Source of the DNA: Candidatus Micrarchaeota archaeon | Lineage (GTDB): Archaea > Micrarchaeota > Micrarchaeia > Anstonellales > Bilamarchaeaceae | Reading direction: 5' to 3' | Assembly (NCBI GenBank): GCA_043800955.1 | Contig: JAZDMN010000049.1 | Location: 282-64,281 of the forward strand | DNA length: 64,000 bases | Shown here: positions 18,070 to 27,396 of the stretch, piece after piece | Numbering within the stretch: the stretch's first letter is position 1 | Layout of the letters: each line of letters begins with the position of its first letter | The notes under the pieces: model-generated | Seen by the model: the letters and a program-made list of their open reading frames with translations, nothing else | Told to the model about the DNA's origin: nothing | Database searches by the model: none | Translations under genes and position numbers: made by a program

Positions 18070-19605
18070 TCATTCCTGTTTCTGCCCTTCGTTGGCCTTC
18101 GTTATCCATGCGCCAAGGAGCGTCTGGACAATGGTCAGGGCGTTTGCGGTAATGCTGTAGACATCCATGGCGATGTCCTTGGCCTGGACTATGATTGGAT
18201 CGGATGGCCGGATGTGCTCCGGGTCTGTCCCGCTTGTGAGGATTTCCCTTGCCATCCGTTCCACCTGGTCTGCAGCATGCGGGTTGTTGGCTGTCCTGAA
18301 CCGGTTCACGTCGGAAATCAGGATGGCCTCGCCAAGACCCATGCTCAGCTTCGTCATGGCTCTTGATACGAACTCGTTCCCGTCCCATCTCTTGACCGAC
18401 TCGAAGAGCATCCGCGATATCCGGTTCAGCTGGTTGCCGAACACATCCGGGTCCATCTCCTGTCCCTGCTCGCCCAGGCGTATCATGTCGTAGACAAGGT
18501 GCCTCACTCTGGCTTCGGCGAGCATGGCATATGTGACGCCCTCGACCGCGACATCGCTCAGGATGTCTATCGCCCCGGTTGCTGGGTGGGCGCGGAACAT
18601 GTCGAATGTGGTGAGCGGGACCTCTTTCGAGAGGTCGAGTATGACAATCAGCGGGTGCGCGGCCTCCTCGTCCTCGCCTGCTGGGACGATGGATTGCGCA
18701 GGATATGCGTTAATCCCCTTAAGCCTTAGCGCCGCGACTGCAAGAAGATATGGCTCCATCGGATGCACGAGCTTGAAGAGGCCCGCGCCGGTTACGCGCT
18801 CCTTCGCCAGCCTCGCCTCCTGCCCCAGGATTGCCCCGGCACCCGGAAGCTCGTCAGGCGTCTCGACCGACTCGATGTAATGGAAATTGTAGCTCTTGAA
18901 GAATCGGGGGTTGGCCCTCTCGCTCATGGGCTCCACGAAAGGGCGCATGTCTATGACACGCTCAATCAGCCCGAAAAGGTCGCCCTCTTTCGCGCCTGTG
19001 AAAATCGCCTCGGCCATTTCAGCCACGCGACCTTCCTTATCAGCATACGGGCCGGATTCAGTCGGAAGAGCGTGCGCCTTGAGGTCTTTTGCAGCCTCAA
19101 CCAGTATCTTATATAGCATGACGTCTCCGGTATCCTCGTCCTTCGGCTTCACTCCGACGAGGGCTAGGCCGCCGGCCATCCCCTTCGGCTTCTTTCCGAG
19201 GCCCCAGATGTAGCCCGGGATGTGACCATGCTCGCCATCAGTGCATGGAGGGGCCTCAGTTGCATTCACATGACCAAGCTCGACCATCTCTGAGGTGAGG
19301 ACCTGGCCGAGGCGGATCCTCGGAACCGTTCCAACCGCTATTTCGTGGGTGGCCTTCTCGAATTCCGTACGCTCTGTGAAATCGCGCTGGTATGCGTCCT
19401 TGACTACCGGTGCCGGAGGCGCCTGGGAGGATTGTGACGTCGGTTTCGGTACCGACGGCTGAGCAACCGGCGCAGGCGGGGCCACCATGGGGGCTTCTGT
19501 CCGTATCGGCTCTGCGACCGGAGGAATGGGAGGTTTCGACGGCTCGTTTCCAGAGTCTTTCTTCCCGGCCATCCTCTGTCTGTGAATATCCATCAAGCGT
19601 GCCAT
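18070..19605 (-). CDS. hypothetical protein with Pro-rich N-terminus
   Basis: 511-aa ORF with host-like codon usage. Confidence 0.75.
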   Translation of the reverse strand: MARLMDIHRQRMAGKKDSGNEPSKPPIPPVAEPIRTEAPMVAPPAPVAQPSVPKPTSQSSQAPPAPVVKDAYQRDFTERTEFEKATHEIAVGTVPRIRLGQVLTSEMVELGHVNATEAPPCTDGEHGHIPGYIWGLGKKPKGMAGGLALVGVKPKDEDTGDVMLYKILVEAAKDLKAHALPTESGPYADKEGRVAEMAEAIFTGAKEGDLFGLIERVIDMRPFVEPMSERANPRFFKSYNFHYIESVETPDELPGAGAILGQEARLAKERVTGAGLFKLVHPMEPYLLAVAALRLKGINAYPAQSIVPAGEDEEAAHPLIVILDLSKEVPLTTFDMFRAHPATGAIDILSDVAVEGVTYAMLAEARVRHLVYDMIRLGEQGQEMDPDVFGNQLNRISRMLFESVKRWDGNEFVSRAMTKLSMGLGEAILISDVNRFRTANNPHAADQVERMAREILTSGTDPEHIRPSDPIIVQAKDIAMDVYSITANALTIVQTLLGAWITKANEGQKQE

Positions 19606-19794
19606 AATCTGACCTCAATCAACCTGGTGCGACGTATGATAGGTAATATATGTTACAAAAGGTATAAAAATGTATATAGAACGGCGAAAGGAACCCGGAT
19701 TGCGGGTAAACGACGCTTGCCGATAGCTATTTCGATAATATTTTAAAAGCGATTAAAGGAGTATGCTAGACCTTACCAGTTAAAGGAGAGAAGT

Positions 19795-21609
19795 ATGGAT
19801 TTCGTTTTCAAGATTGCCGGCCAGGCCGGGGCAGGCGTGATGATTACCGGCAGGCTCATGGTGAAGTGCTTCACGAGGGGGGGATATCATGTCATAGGGT
19901 ATCCAGAGTACCCATCACTTATCCGCGGGGGCCACAACACCGTCCAGGTGCGCATCAGCGATAAGCCAATCCACTCTCCTAGAAGGGAATGCGACCTGGT
20001 GGTGGCGCTCAACAAGGATGCCATCTTCTATCATATGGAAAGCATGGCTCGGGGGGGCATGATAATATACGACCAGCTAATAGATACGAGTCGCTTCAAA
20101 TTAAGGCCTGATGTCCGCATGCACGCCCATCCGCTTTCCAAGCTCACGCTGGAAGTGGGCGGGACCGAGCAGATGAAGAATACTGCCGCCCTCGGTGCGG
20201 CGCTGGCTGCGGTGGAATACCCATTTGGCAGGCTCGAGACGCTGATCCGGGAGGAGCTTGCGAGAAAGGGCGAGGAAATAATAAAGGTGAACATAAACGC
20301 GGCAAAAGCAGGCTATGAATTCGTGAAATCCAACGGGATTTCTTTCGGAAAAAAGATAGCCCCGATACACGAGGAGCGCAAGCCGATAATCACGGGCAAC
20401 GAAGCCATCTCCCTGGGGGCTGTGCGGGGGGGGATGAAGTTCTATGCGGCGTATCCGATGACGCCGGCAACCAGCATTCTCCATTACCTCATCGAAAAGG
20501 AGAAGCAGTTTTCCATCATCACGAAGCAGACCGAGGATGAGATAGCAGCGATTAATTATGCGATCGGGGCTTCGTTCGCTGGGGTGCGCTCAATGGTCGG
20601 GACATCCGGGGGCGGTTTCGCGCTCATGACTGAGGCGCTCGGCATGGCGGCCATCTCCGAGACGCCGATAGTCGTAGCCCTTGTCCAGAGAATCGGGCCG
20701 AGCACCGGCATGCCTACATGGACCGAGCAGGGCGATTTGAGGTTCGCACTGCATGCATCGCAGGGCGATTTCCCAAGGGTGATTCTGGCCCCAGGTGACG
20801 TCCAGGAGGCGTTCTTCCTTACTGCCAAAGCCCATAACCTGGCTGAGAAATACCAGATACCGGTCATTTTACTATCAGACAAGTTCTTGTCCGAAACGGT
20901 CTTCTCGACCGAGCGCTTCGACCAGTCGAAAGTGAAAATCGAGCGCGGGAAACTCGTGAATGGGCCACTGCCACAGCTTGCCCCAATGACGCGCTGGAAG
21001 AGGTATGCGATTACGGATGACGGGGTGTCCGAGCGCGCCATCCCGGGCACGGAGAACGGCATGCACGTGGGCACGAGCTATGAGCACGACGAGAGCGGCT
21101 TCAGCTCGGAAAGCTTCGTCATGAGGACAAGGCAGGTCGACAAGCGCGCGGCAAAAATGAGGAGAATCCTTAAGGAGATGGAAGCCCCGGACGTTTTCGG
21201 GGCGATAGAAGGCTCTGAGGTGACGCTCGTGACATGGGGCTCGATGAAGCTTCCCGCATTGGATGCCCTTGCGCTTCTGGAGGCGAAAGGCATCAGGGCG
21301 AGGCTGGTCAGCTTCACGCACCTATACCCCCTGAATCCGCGGGCGGTGAAGAAGGCGCTCCGTAATGCGGGCGTTACAATCATCGTGGAGAACAACTCTA
21401 CAGCCCAGTTTGCCGGCATGCTCAAGGAATATGCGAACGTGAAGCTGGATTTCCACATGCTCAAATATGACGGCAGGCAGTTCTTCGCAGAGCAGATAGC
21501 CGAGGAGGTCGTGAAGCTGAAGGCTGCCGGCTTCAAGGGCGGGCAGAGGATTGAGGTCGTCGAGAAGGAGGACATGGAGTATTACAATCCTCAGAGGCAC
21601 AGCCTGTAG
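19795..21609 (+). CDS. korA: 2-oxoacid:ferredoxin oxidoreductase alpha subunit (gamma-alpha fusion)
   Basis: AGQAGAG, YPSLIRGGH, YPMTP, EDEIAA and GPSTGMPT motifs. Confidence 0.93.
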   Translation: MDFVFKIAGQAGAGVMITGRLMVKCFTRGGYHVIGYPEYPSLIRGGHNTVQVRISDKPIHSPRRECDLVVALNKDAIFYHMESMARGGMIIYDQLIDTSRFKLRPDVRMHAHPLSKLTLEVGGTEQMKNTAALGAALAAVEYPFGRLETLIREELARKGEEIIKVNINAAKAGYEFVKSNGISFGKKIAPIHEERKPIITGNEAISLGAVRGGMKFYAAYPMTPATSILHYLIEKEKQFSIITKQTEDEIAAINYAIGASFAGVRSMVGTSGGGFALMTEALGMAAISETPIVVALVQRIGPSTGMPTWTEQGDLRFALHASQGDFPRVILAPGDVQEAFFLTAKAHNLAEKYQIPVILLSDKFLSETVFSTERFDQSKVKIERGKLVNGPLPQLAPMTRWKRYAITDDGVSERAIPGTENGMHVGTSYEHDESGFSSESFVMRTRQVDKRAAKMRRILKEMEAPDVFGAIEGSEVTLVTWGSMKLPALDALALLEAKGIRARLVSFTHLYPLNPRAVKKALRNAGVTIIVENNSTAQFAGMLKEYANVKLDFHMLKYDGRQFFAEQIAEEVVKLKAAGFKGGQRIEVVEKEDMEYYNPQRHSL

Positions 21610-21618
21610 GTGATGGTT

Positions 21619-22488
21619 ATGGTTGCGATTGCAGATTACAACGTCAAGGAAAAATCGCAGTGGTGTCCGGGGTGCGGAAACTTCGCGATTGTGGGCGCCC
21701 TCAAGGGCGCTCTTTCCGAGCTTGGCATCCCGCAGCATCAGGCTGTCGTCGTATCAGGCATAGGCTGCAGCAGCAAGCTACCGCATTATCTGAATACATA
21801 TGGATTCGAGAGCCTGCACGGGCGCGGCCTGCCGGTGGCCTCTGGCATAAAGCTCGCCAACAACAGGCTGACGGTGATAGACGTCGGCGGGGATGGCGAC
21901 GGCTACGGAATAGGGTCCGGCCATTTCCTTCACATCATGAGGAGGAACTACGATTTGACATACATCGTCCATGACAACCAGATTTACGGCCTCACGACCG
22001 GCCAGGCATCGCCCACGTCCCAGCTCGGCATGAAGACAAAGACGACGCCTCAGGGCGTGGTTGAGCTTCCCTTCAATCCGCTTGCGACCGCGATAGTCGG
22101 AGGCGCGACATTCGTCGCGCGCGCGTTTGCCGGCGACATGGCGCACATGAAGGAGATGTTCAGGCAGGCAATCGCCCACAGGGGCTTTGCGCTTGTGGAT
22201 GTCTTCCAGCCGTGCGTCACCTTCAACAAGCTGAACACCTACGACTTCTTCGCAAAGAGAGTGTACAAGCTCGAAGCCCAGGACCCGAAACACGATACCG
22301 GAAACAGGATGCTTGCCCTTGAGAAGGCGTTTGAGCAGACGACGACGAGTTACGAGCGCCTGCCGATAGGCGTTTTCTTCAAGGAGGAGCGTGCGACCTA
22401 CGAGGATACGCTTCCGCAGATAAAGGAGAAGGCGCTTGTGGAACAAGGATTGAAGGGGCTTGATATATCGGCGGCCTACGACGATTAA
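21619..22488 (+). CDS. korB: 2-oxoacid:ferredoxin oxidoreductase beta subunit
   Basis: WCPGCGN, SGIGCSS, GDGD TPP motif and YGLTTGQASPT. Confidence 0.93.
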   Translation: MVAIADYNVKEKSQWCPGCGNFAIVGALKGALSELGIPQHQAVVVSGIGCSSKLPHYLNTYGFESLHGRGLPVASGIKLANNRLTVIDVGGDGDGYGIGSGHFLHIMRRNYDLTYIVHDNQIYGLTTGQASPTSQLGMKTKTTPQGVVELPFNPLATAIVGGATFVARAFAGDMAHMKEMFRQAIAHRGFALVDVFQPCVTFNKLNTYDFFAKRVYKLEAQDPKHDTGNRMLALEKAFEQTTTSYERLPIGVFFKEERATYEDTLPQIKEKALVEQGLKGLDISAAYDD

Positions 22489-22582
22489 GGAGGCTGCGTC
22501 AGTTGCATTGGTATCGCACCGATTTTTTTACCGCGCTCGAAGCTTCGGATAACTTTTAAATGTTCGAATGTGAATAATAAAC

Positions 22583-22837
22583 ATGGATGATTTTTCCGAA
22601 AGGCTTGGCAGAACCCTCCGGAGCCAGGAGTATAAGGACGCATCCAAAAAAGCAGAAAGCCTGAAAAATCAGACAGCAACCGCAAATGAATTCCGGCTTG
22701 GCACATTGGCAGAAGAAGTAGACTCATTTTTCCAGGGATTGAAGAGGGATTTGCCAGGGGTTTACACAATTCTGCGCATCAGGGAGAAGGAAATCCGGAA
22801 GATGATATTCGAAAAAAAGAAAGGAATTGGCCAGTGA
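22583..22837 (+). CDS. small hypothetical protein
   Basis: 84-aa charged helical ORF after a TTTTAAA box. Confidence 0.55.
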   Translation: MDDFSERLGRTLRSQEYKDASKKAESLKNQTATANEFRLGTLAEEVDSFFQGLKRDLPGVYTILRIREKEIRKMIFEKKKGIGQ

Positions 22838-22841
22838 TGAT

Positions 22842-23825
22842 ATGACACAGCCATTGCAAAGCAGGGATAGTGGGGAATTCTCATCCCGGATGCCGGCGGT
22901 CACAGAGACGCCTGGGGAATGCCAGGCTCCCCAGCCAAGAGCGCCTCATTTCGTAGCTCAACGCCCTGCAGAGGTCCAGGCCTTTCTCAGCAGTTCGCGG
23001 AGCGGGTTGAGTGGGCCGAGAGGATCCCACCCCTCGTTTATCACAGATGACATTCTTAGAGGCCGCCAGCCCCCAGCAGGCCCAGTTGCAACAACAGAAT
23101 GCCGGGTGATAGATTCGAGCGCTCATCTGGAAAGGGTGCGCGCGCAATACGTCGGCCTTCCGGTCGCCCCCCTACTAACACAACCACCTCCGATTGTCGT
23201 GGAAGTGCCCGATGCAGAAGTGCTGAGACTCAGTGGGGGGCAGTCGGCTGACGGTTATTATATTCCGAACACGAACATCATCGTAGTTTCGGCTTCAACC
23301 GCAAGGGACCCGGCACTGCTTAACGAGGTCATTTTGCACGAGATGAACCATTATGCAGGCTGGCGCGGGCATGGTTTTAACAATGCATTTTCAAATGGCG
23401 GAACGCTGAGTGCAATGCCGAATTTGGTCTGGCTTGAAGAAGGACTTGCCAACAGCGGCTCTTCGGGCCTGATCGGAGCGACAACAAGGCCAATCGCTTA
23501 TCCTTATGAAACCATGACTGCCGTCCTTTTGGAAAGGGTTGCCGGGCCAGCAGCTGTAAGGGAAGCATATGCATCAGGCGATTACAGGCGCCTCCAGCAG
23601 ATTGTCAATGAGAGGCTCGGGGAAGGGACTTTCGAGACTGTGATTGGCCTGCGGCAGCGGCCGGATGGAAGCACGATTTCAAACGGCGCAGAAGCACTGG
23701 ACTTCCTGCGTGGTGCAATAGAAAGAAATCCTGGTTCTGCAGATATGGGTGCCTTCTGGGCCGACCCTCGCATCCAGAGGTCCACGGCGACAATTAGGGA
23801 GGAAATGAGGTCCGGCATGGATTAA
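22842..23825 (+). CDS. putative gluzincin-type zinc metallopeptidase
   Basis: ILHEMNHY (HExxH) with downstream WLEEGLA. Confidence 0.7.
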   Translation: MTQPLQSRDSGEFSSRMPAVTETPGECQAPQPRAPHFVAQRPAEVQAFLSSSRSGLSGPRGSHPSFITDDILRGRQPPAGPVATTECRVIDSSAHLERVRAQYVGLPVAPLLTQPPPIVVEVPDAEVLRLSGGQSADGYYIPNTNIIVVSASTARDPALLNEVILHEMNHYAGWRGHGFNNAFSNGGTLSAMPNLVWLEEGLANSGSSGLIGATTRPIAYPYETMTAVLLERVAGPAAVREAYASGDYRRLQQIVNERLGEGTFETVIGLRQRPDGSTISNGAEALDFLRGAIERNPGSADMGAFWADPRIQRSTATIREEMRSGMD

Positions 23826-23848
23826 AATATCGGCGTCGATAGTTTTAC

Positions 23849-25405
23849 GTGGACGTCATCCCCCGCGCATACCAGCTTTCCATATACGATTCCGTCAAAA
23901 CGCACGGCAACACGCTCGTAGTGCTTCCGACAGGCCTCGGGAAGACGCTGATAGCGCTCATGCTCATCCAGGACAGGATGAAAATAGGCAGATGCCTTTT
24001 TCTCACTCCGACAAAGCCGCTTGCCAAGCAGCACGTGCATTCTGTGATGAAGACGCTGGAGCTCTCCGAAAAGAACGTCGCGCTTGTCAGCGGGGAGGTC
24101 GCGCCGAAGAAGCGCAAGGAGGCGTATCTTACGGACATCGTGGTGAGCACTCCCCAGACCATCCGAAACGACCTCGAGACAGGGATTTTAAAACCAAAAT
24201 TCTCGCTGGTCATTTTCGATGAGAGCCATCGGGCGGTCGGTGATTACGCTTACACGCAGGTTGCTGAAAAGCTCCATGGGCCTGATACCCTGTTCCTGGG
24301 CCTCACAGCATCGCCCGGGGGCAGGATGGACCGTATCCGGGAGGTCATGAACGCCCTGAAAATCGATAATGTGGAAATCAGGAGCCACGACGACCCAGAT
24401 GTCGCCCCGTACGTCCAGAAAAGCGAGGTCAGCTGGGTTCCGGTCATGCTCTCGGACCATTTCAGGGAGATAAAGAAGGAATTGGACGCGATGACCGGCA
24501 AGTACGCCGAGCGGCTTTCCGCGATGGGCTTCCCTCCGCCATTGAAGCACAAGGGGAAGTTCATGCAGCTGCGCGAGCGGATACTCAATATCCCGCACAA
24601 CATCAAGTATCCCGCGCTTGTCCAGTATTCCATCCTCCTCCACCTCCTTCATATGACTGAACTCCTTGAGACGCAGGGGATCTATCCGCTGCGGGGCTAC
24701 CTCACCAAGCTCGAGGGCAAGGACAGCAAATCAGCCGCGCAGCTCCTGAAAGAACCAGGCCTTTCGAGGGTGAGGATGCTGGCCCAGAAGGACGAGGACC
24801 ATCCCAAGATGCCTGTCCTTTTAGAAACCATCCGGGCCATGAAAGGGAAAAGGATTATTGTATTCGTCCAGTACCGCACCCAGATAGCCAGGATTGTGGA
24901 TGTCCTTGTTGGCAGCGGGATAAGCGCGAAGCAGTTTGTGGGCAAGAAGGACGGCGTCACGAAAAAAATCCAGGAGGAGACGATTGCGGATTTCCGGGAG
25001 GGGAAGTTTGACGTCCTTGTGGCAAGCAGTATTGGGGAGGAGGGGCTTGATATCCCTGCGGTCGATGCCGTGATATTCTATGAGCCTGTTCCCAGCGAAA
25101 TCAGGGCCATCCAGAGGAGAGGAAGGGCCGGCAGGCTCAAAGAGGGGCAGGTAATCGTCCTCATGACCAAGGGCACGCGGGACGAGTATTACTATTACGC
25201 GGCCAACAACCGCGAGACGAGAATGAAGAAAATCCTGACGGGTATGCAGAAGGGGAAGAAGAAAAAGGCCCCTTTCGAAAGGGCGGACACGCTTCCGTCG
25301 CAAAGCGCGGAACAAAAGGCTTCCGAAAAGCGTTCCGATGCGAAACCGAATACGCCAATAATGGAGAGAAAAAAAGGGCAGACCAGGATGACGGATTTCG
25401 AGTAG
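23849..25405 (+). CDS. hef: Hef/FANCM-like SF2 helicase (no ERCC4 nuclease domain)
   Basis: LPTGLGKT, PTKPLAKQH, DESH, GLTASPG, SIGEEGLDI and QRRGRAGR motifs. Confidence 0.9.
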   Translation: MDVIPRAYQLSIYDSVKTHGNTLVVLPTGLGKTLIALMLIQDRMKIGRCLFLTPTKPLAKQHVHSVMKTLELSEKNVALVSGEVAPKKRKEAYLTDIVVSTPQTIRNDLETGILKPKFSLVIFDESHRAVGDYAYTQVAEKLHGPDTLFLGLTASPGGRMDRIREVMNALKIDNVEIRSHDDPDVAPYVQKSEVSWVPVMLSDHFREIKKELDAMTGKYAERLSAMGFPPPLKHKGKFMQLRERILNIPHNIKYPALVQYSILLHLLHMTELLETQGIYPLRGYLTKLEGKDSKSAAQLLKEPGLSRVRMLAQKDEDHPKMPVLLETIRAMKGKRIIVFVQYRTQIARIVDVLVGSGISAKQFVGKKDGVTKKIQEETIADFREGKFDVLVASSIGEEGLDIPAVDAVIFYEPVPSEIRAIQRRGRAGRLKEGQVIVLMTKGTRDEYYYYAANNRETRMKKILTGMQKGKKKKAPFERADTLPSQSAEQKASEKRSDAKPNTPIMERKKGQTRMTDFE

Positions 25406-26206
25406 TCACTTTCTTTGCGCATAAAGCAGGCGGAAGTCAGGGATGTTTGGGACGTCCTCGCTCCTGACGGCGAATCCGTTCTCTTCAAGCAAAACGCGGA
25501 TTTCGTCCGCGCTGTGCCCTGGAACATTATGGCATTCCATCGCTATCCTTTTCACCATTTCAAGAACGTTCTTTGGGCAGGTAAGCATGATTTCGTACTC
25601 CGAACCCTCGCAGTCCATTTTCAGAAGGTCTATGCGCTTTATCCCCCTGGATTTGACAAAATCCGCGAGCGTGACCGCATCAACAATGACCTCCCTTGCG
25701 CGTCCGTGAGGCCGGTAGATGCTGTGGGCGCTCGTCGCGTACTCGGTCACGAAGAAGCTTTTGCGACCGTTCTCTGTTGATACGGCCGCGTTGATGGCAC
25801 ACGCATTCCGGATGTCGTTAAGTTCGATGTTTTCCTTGAGGAGGCGGAAATTGTCTTCATCCGGCTCGAATGAATAGACCTGCCCGTTCTTTGCCGCTTT
25901 TGAAGCGAATGCTGTGAAAGTGCCGATATGCGCCCCGATGTCCAGGATGATGTCATTTTCCCCTATGACTGTTTCGTCCCGGAAGTAGATGCCATGGACG
26001 AATACCTCATCTATGGTCGACCGGTCCGATGTTTCCGGCCTCAGCCTGAATCTCAGCCCGTTCCTGAGCCTGTATATAACTGATTTGAAGGGAAGAAGGC
26101 CCAGGTAATCGAGGGAGTAGATGTGCCAGTTCGCTACGGTGCGGATGACTTTTAGGGCAATCGGGATGTTAAGGTGGAGCAGGTTCGAAAAAGGTATTTT
26201 GGCCAT
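25406..26206 (-). CDS. FkbM family methyltransferase
   Basis: LDIGAHIG, SFEP..NF and KMDCEGSE motifs. Confidence 0.92.
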   Translation of the reverse strand: MAKIPFSNLLHLNIPIALKVIRTVANWHIYSLDYLGLLPFKSVIYRLRNGLRFRLRPETSDRSTIDEVFVHGIYFRDETVIGENDIILDIGAHIGTFTAFASKAAKNGQVYSFEPDEDNFRLLKENIELNDIRNACAINAAVSTENGRKSFFVTEYATSAHSIYRPHGRAREVIVDAVTLADFVKSRGIKRIDLLKMDCEGSEYEIMLTCPKNVLEMVKRIAMECHNVPGHSADEIRVLLEENGFAVRSEDVPNIPDFRLLYAQRK

Positions 26207-26207
26207 A

Positions 26208-27395
26208 TCACTCTCTCCTTGCCGGCTTCATACGGCTCACGCTCGTCTCGAGGATGAATGCGAGCTCGTCCTCGCTGAATTCATAGAACTCCATCATCCG
26301 CTCCGCATGCTTCTTCCCGAATTCTTTCAGCAGCGGCAGGTATTCGAGCGAATCGCGGCGGTTGCCATGCACCCTGCGGCCGATTTTGGTGCCTATGGAT
26401 TTGAGGATTGCCCTGCGCTCGACCGTCCTGGCCATGTTCTTGAGGTAAGTGGGGAAGCTGTATTTCGTGAATTTCCGGTACGCGCCATCTTTCGAAAGCG
26501 CCACGCCCGCGGTCGCGAGGTCGATTGAGTATTTCAGCAGCTGCCAGTTCTGCTTTTTTATCCGCCCATCGAAGATGTCGGCTTTTGAAAGCGAATCGAA
26601 TGCGGCCGCGATTTCGTGGGATTTCTCATACTCGGCCGGGATGTTCTCGTCCACCCAGAGCTTGATGTGCTCATAATCTATCTCGCCGCTTATCGCCTCC
26701 CTTGCCGCAGCATAGCTTTCGGCCTTGAAGATGCCCCTGACAATCTCGAATATGTCCTTCTCGCGGATGCGCGAGGTGGGGCCGAGCGACTGCAAATCGA
26801 TGAGGGCTGCGCGCATGTCCCCCTCAGCGTGTGTGGCGATGGCGTCGACGGTATCGGCTGCGATGCCGAGGCCTTCGGCCTTTGCAACATGCTCAAGGTG
26901 CTTTTTCACAGAGAGCCGGTTAATCCTCTTGAAATCGATTATCTCGCATTCGGCTCTTATCGAAGAGAAACTCTTATCCCAGATGTCCGTCGCCGTCACA
27001 ATGGCCGGGCACGGGGATTCGGCTAGGAATTTTTTTATCGCCGCGCCACCGCCCGAGTCGGCCCTCCCTGCAAGGACATCGGCATCGTCGATTAATATCA
27101 GCTTCACCCTGCCAAAGAGGCTGCCCGCGAGCGCGGACTGCCCGAGCACGCGCTCAACGCGCGCGCGGTTCCGCAGCTCGCTCGCGTTCATCTCCACGAT
27201 ATCGAGGTCGTACTCCTCCTTGAGCGCGTATGCGATTGATGTCTTCCCGGTCCCGGGCGGCCCGTAAAGCAGGAGGGGTTTGCGCTTCTTGCCCGAAAGC
27301 CAGTGCAGCATCCACTGCCGCACATGCTCGACCTTCTCGCTGTTGCCTATCACCTGTGCGAGCTTCTTCGGGGCATATTTCATCGTCAGGAGCAT
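26208..27395 (-). CDS. rfcL: replication factor C large subunit
   Basis: KYAP, GPPGTGKT, EMNASELR and GDMRAALIDLQ motifs. Confidence 0.92.
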   Translation of the reverse strand: MLLTMKYAPKKLAQVIGNSEKVEHVRQWMLHWLSGKKRKPLLLYGPPGTGKTSIAYALKEEYDLDIVEMNASELRNRARVERVLGQSALAGSLFGRVKLILIDDADVLAGRADSGGGAAIKKFLAESPCPAIVTATDIWDKSFSSIRAECEIIDFKRINRLSVKKHLEHVAKAEGLGIAADTVDAIATHAEGDMRAALIDLQSLGPTSRIREKDIFEIVRGIFKAESYAAAREAISGEIDYEHIKLWVDENIPAEYEKSHEIAAAFDSLSKADIFDGRIKKQNWQLLKYSIDLATAGVALSKDGAYRKFTKYSFPTYLKNMARTVERRAILKSIGTKIGRRVHGNRRDSLEYLPLLKEFGKKHAERMMEFYEFSEDELAFILETSVSRMKPARRE

Positions 27396-27396
27396 G

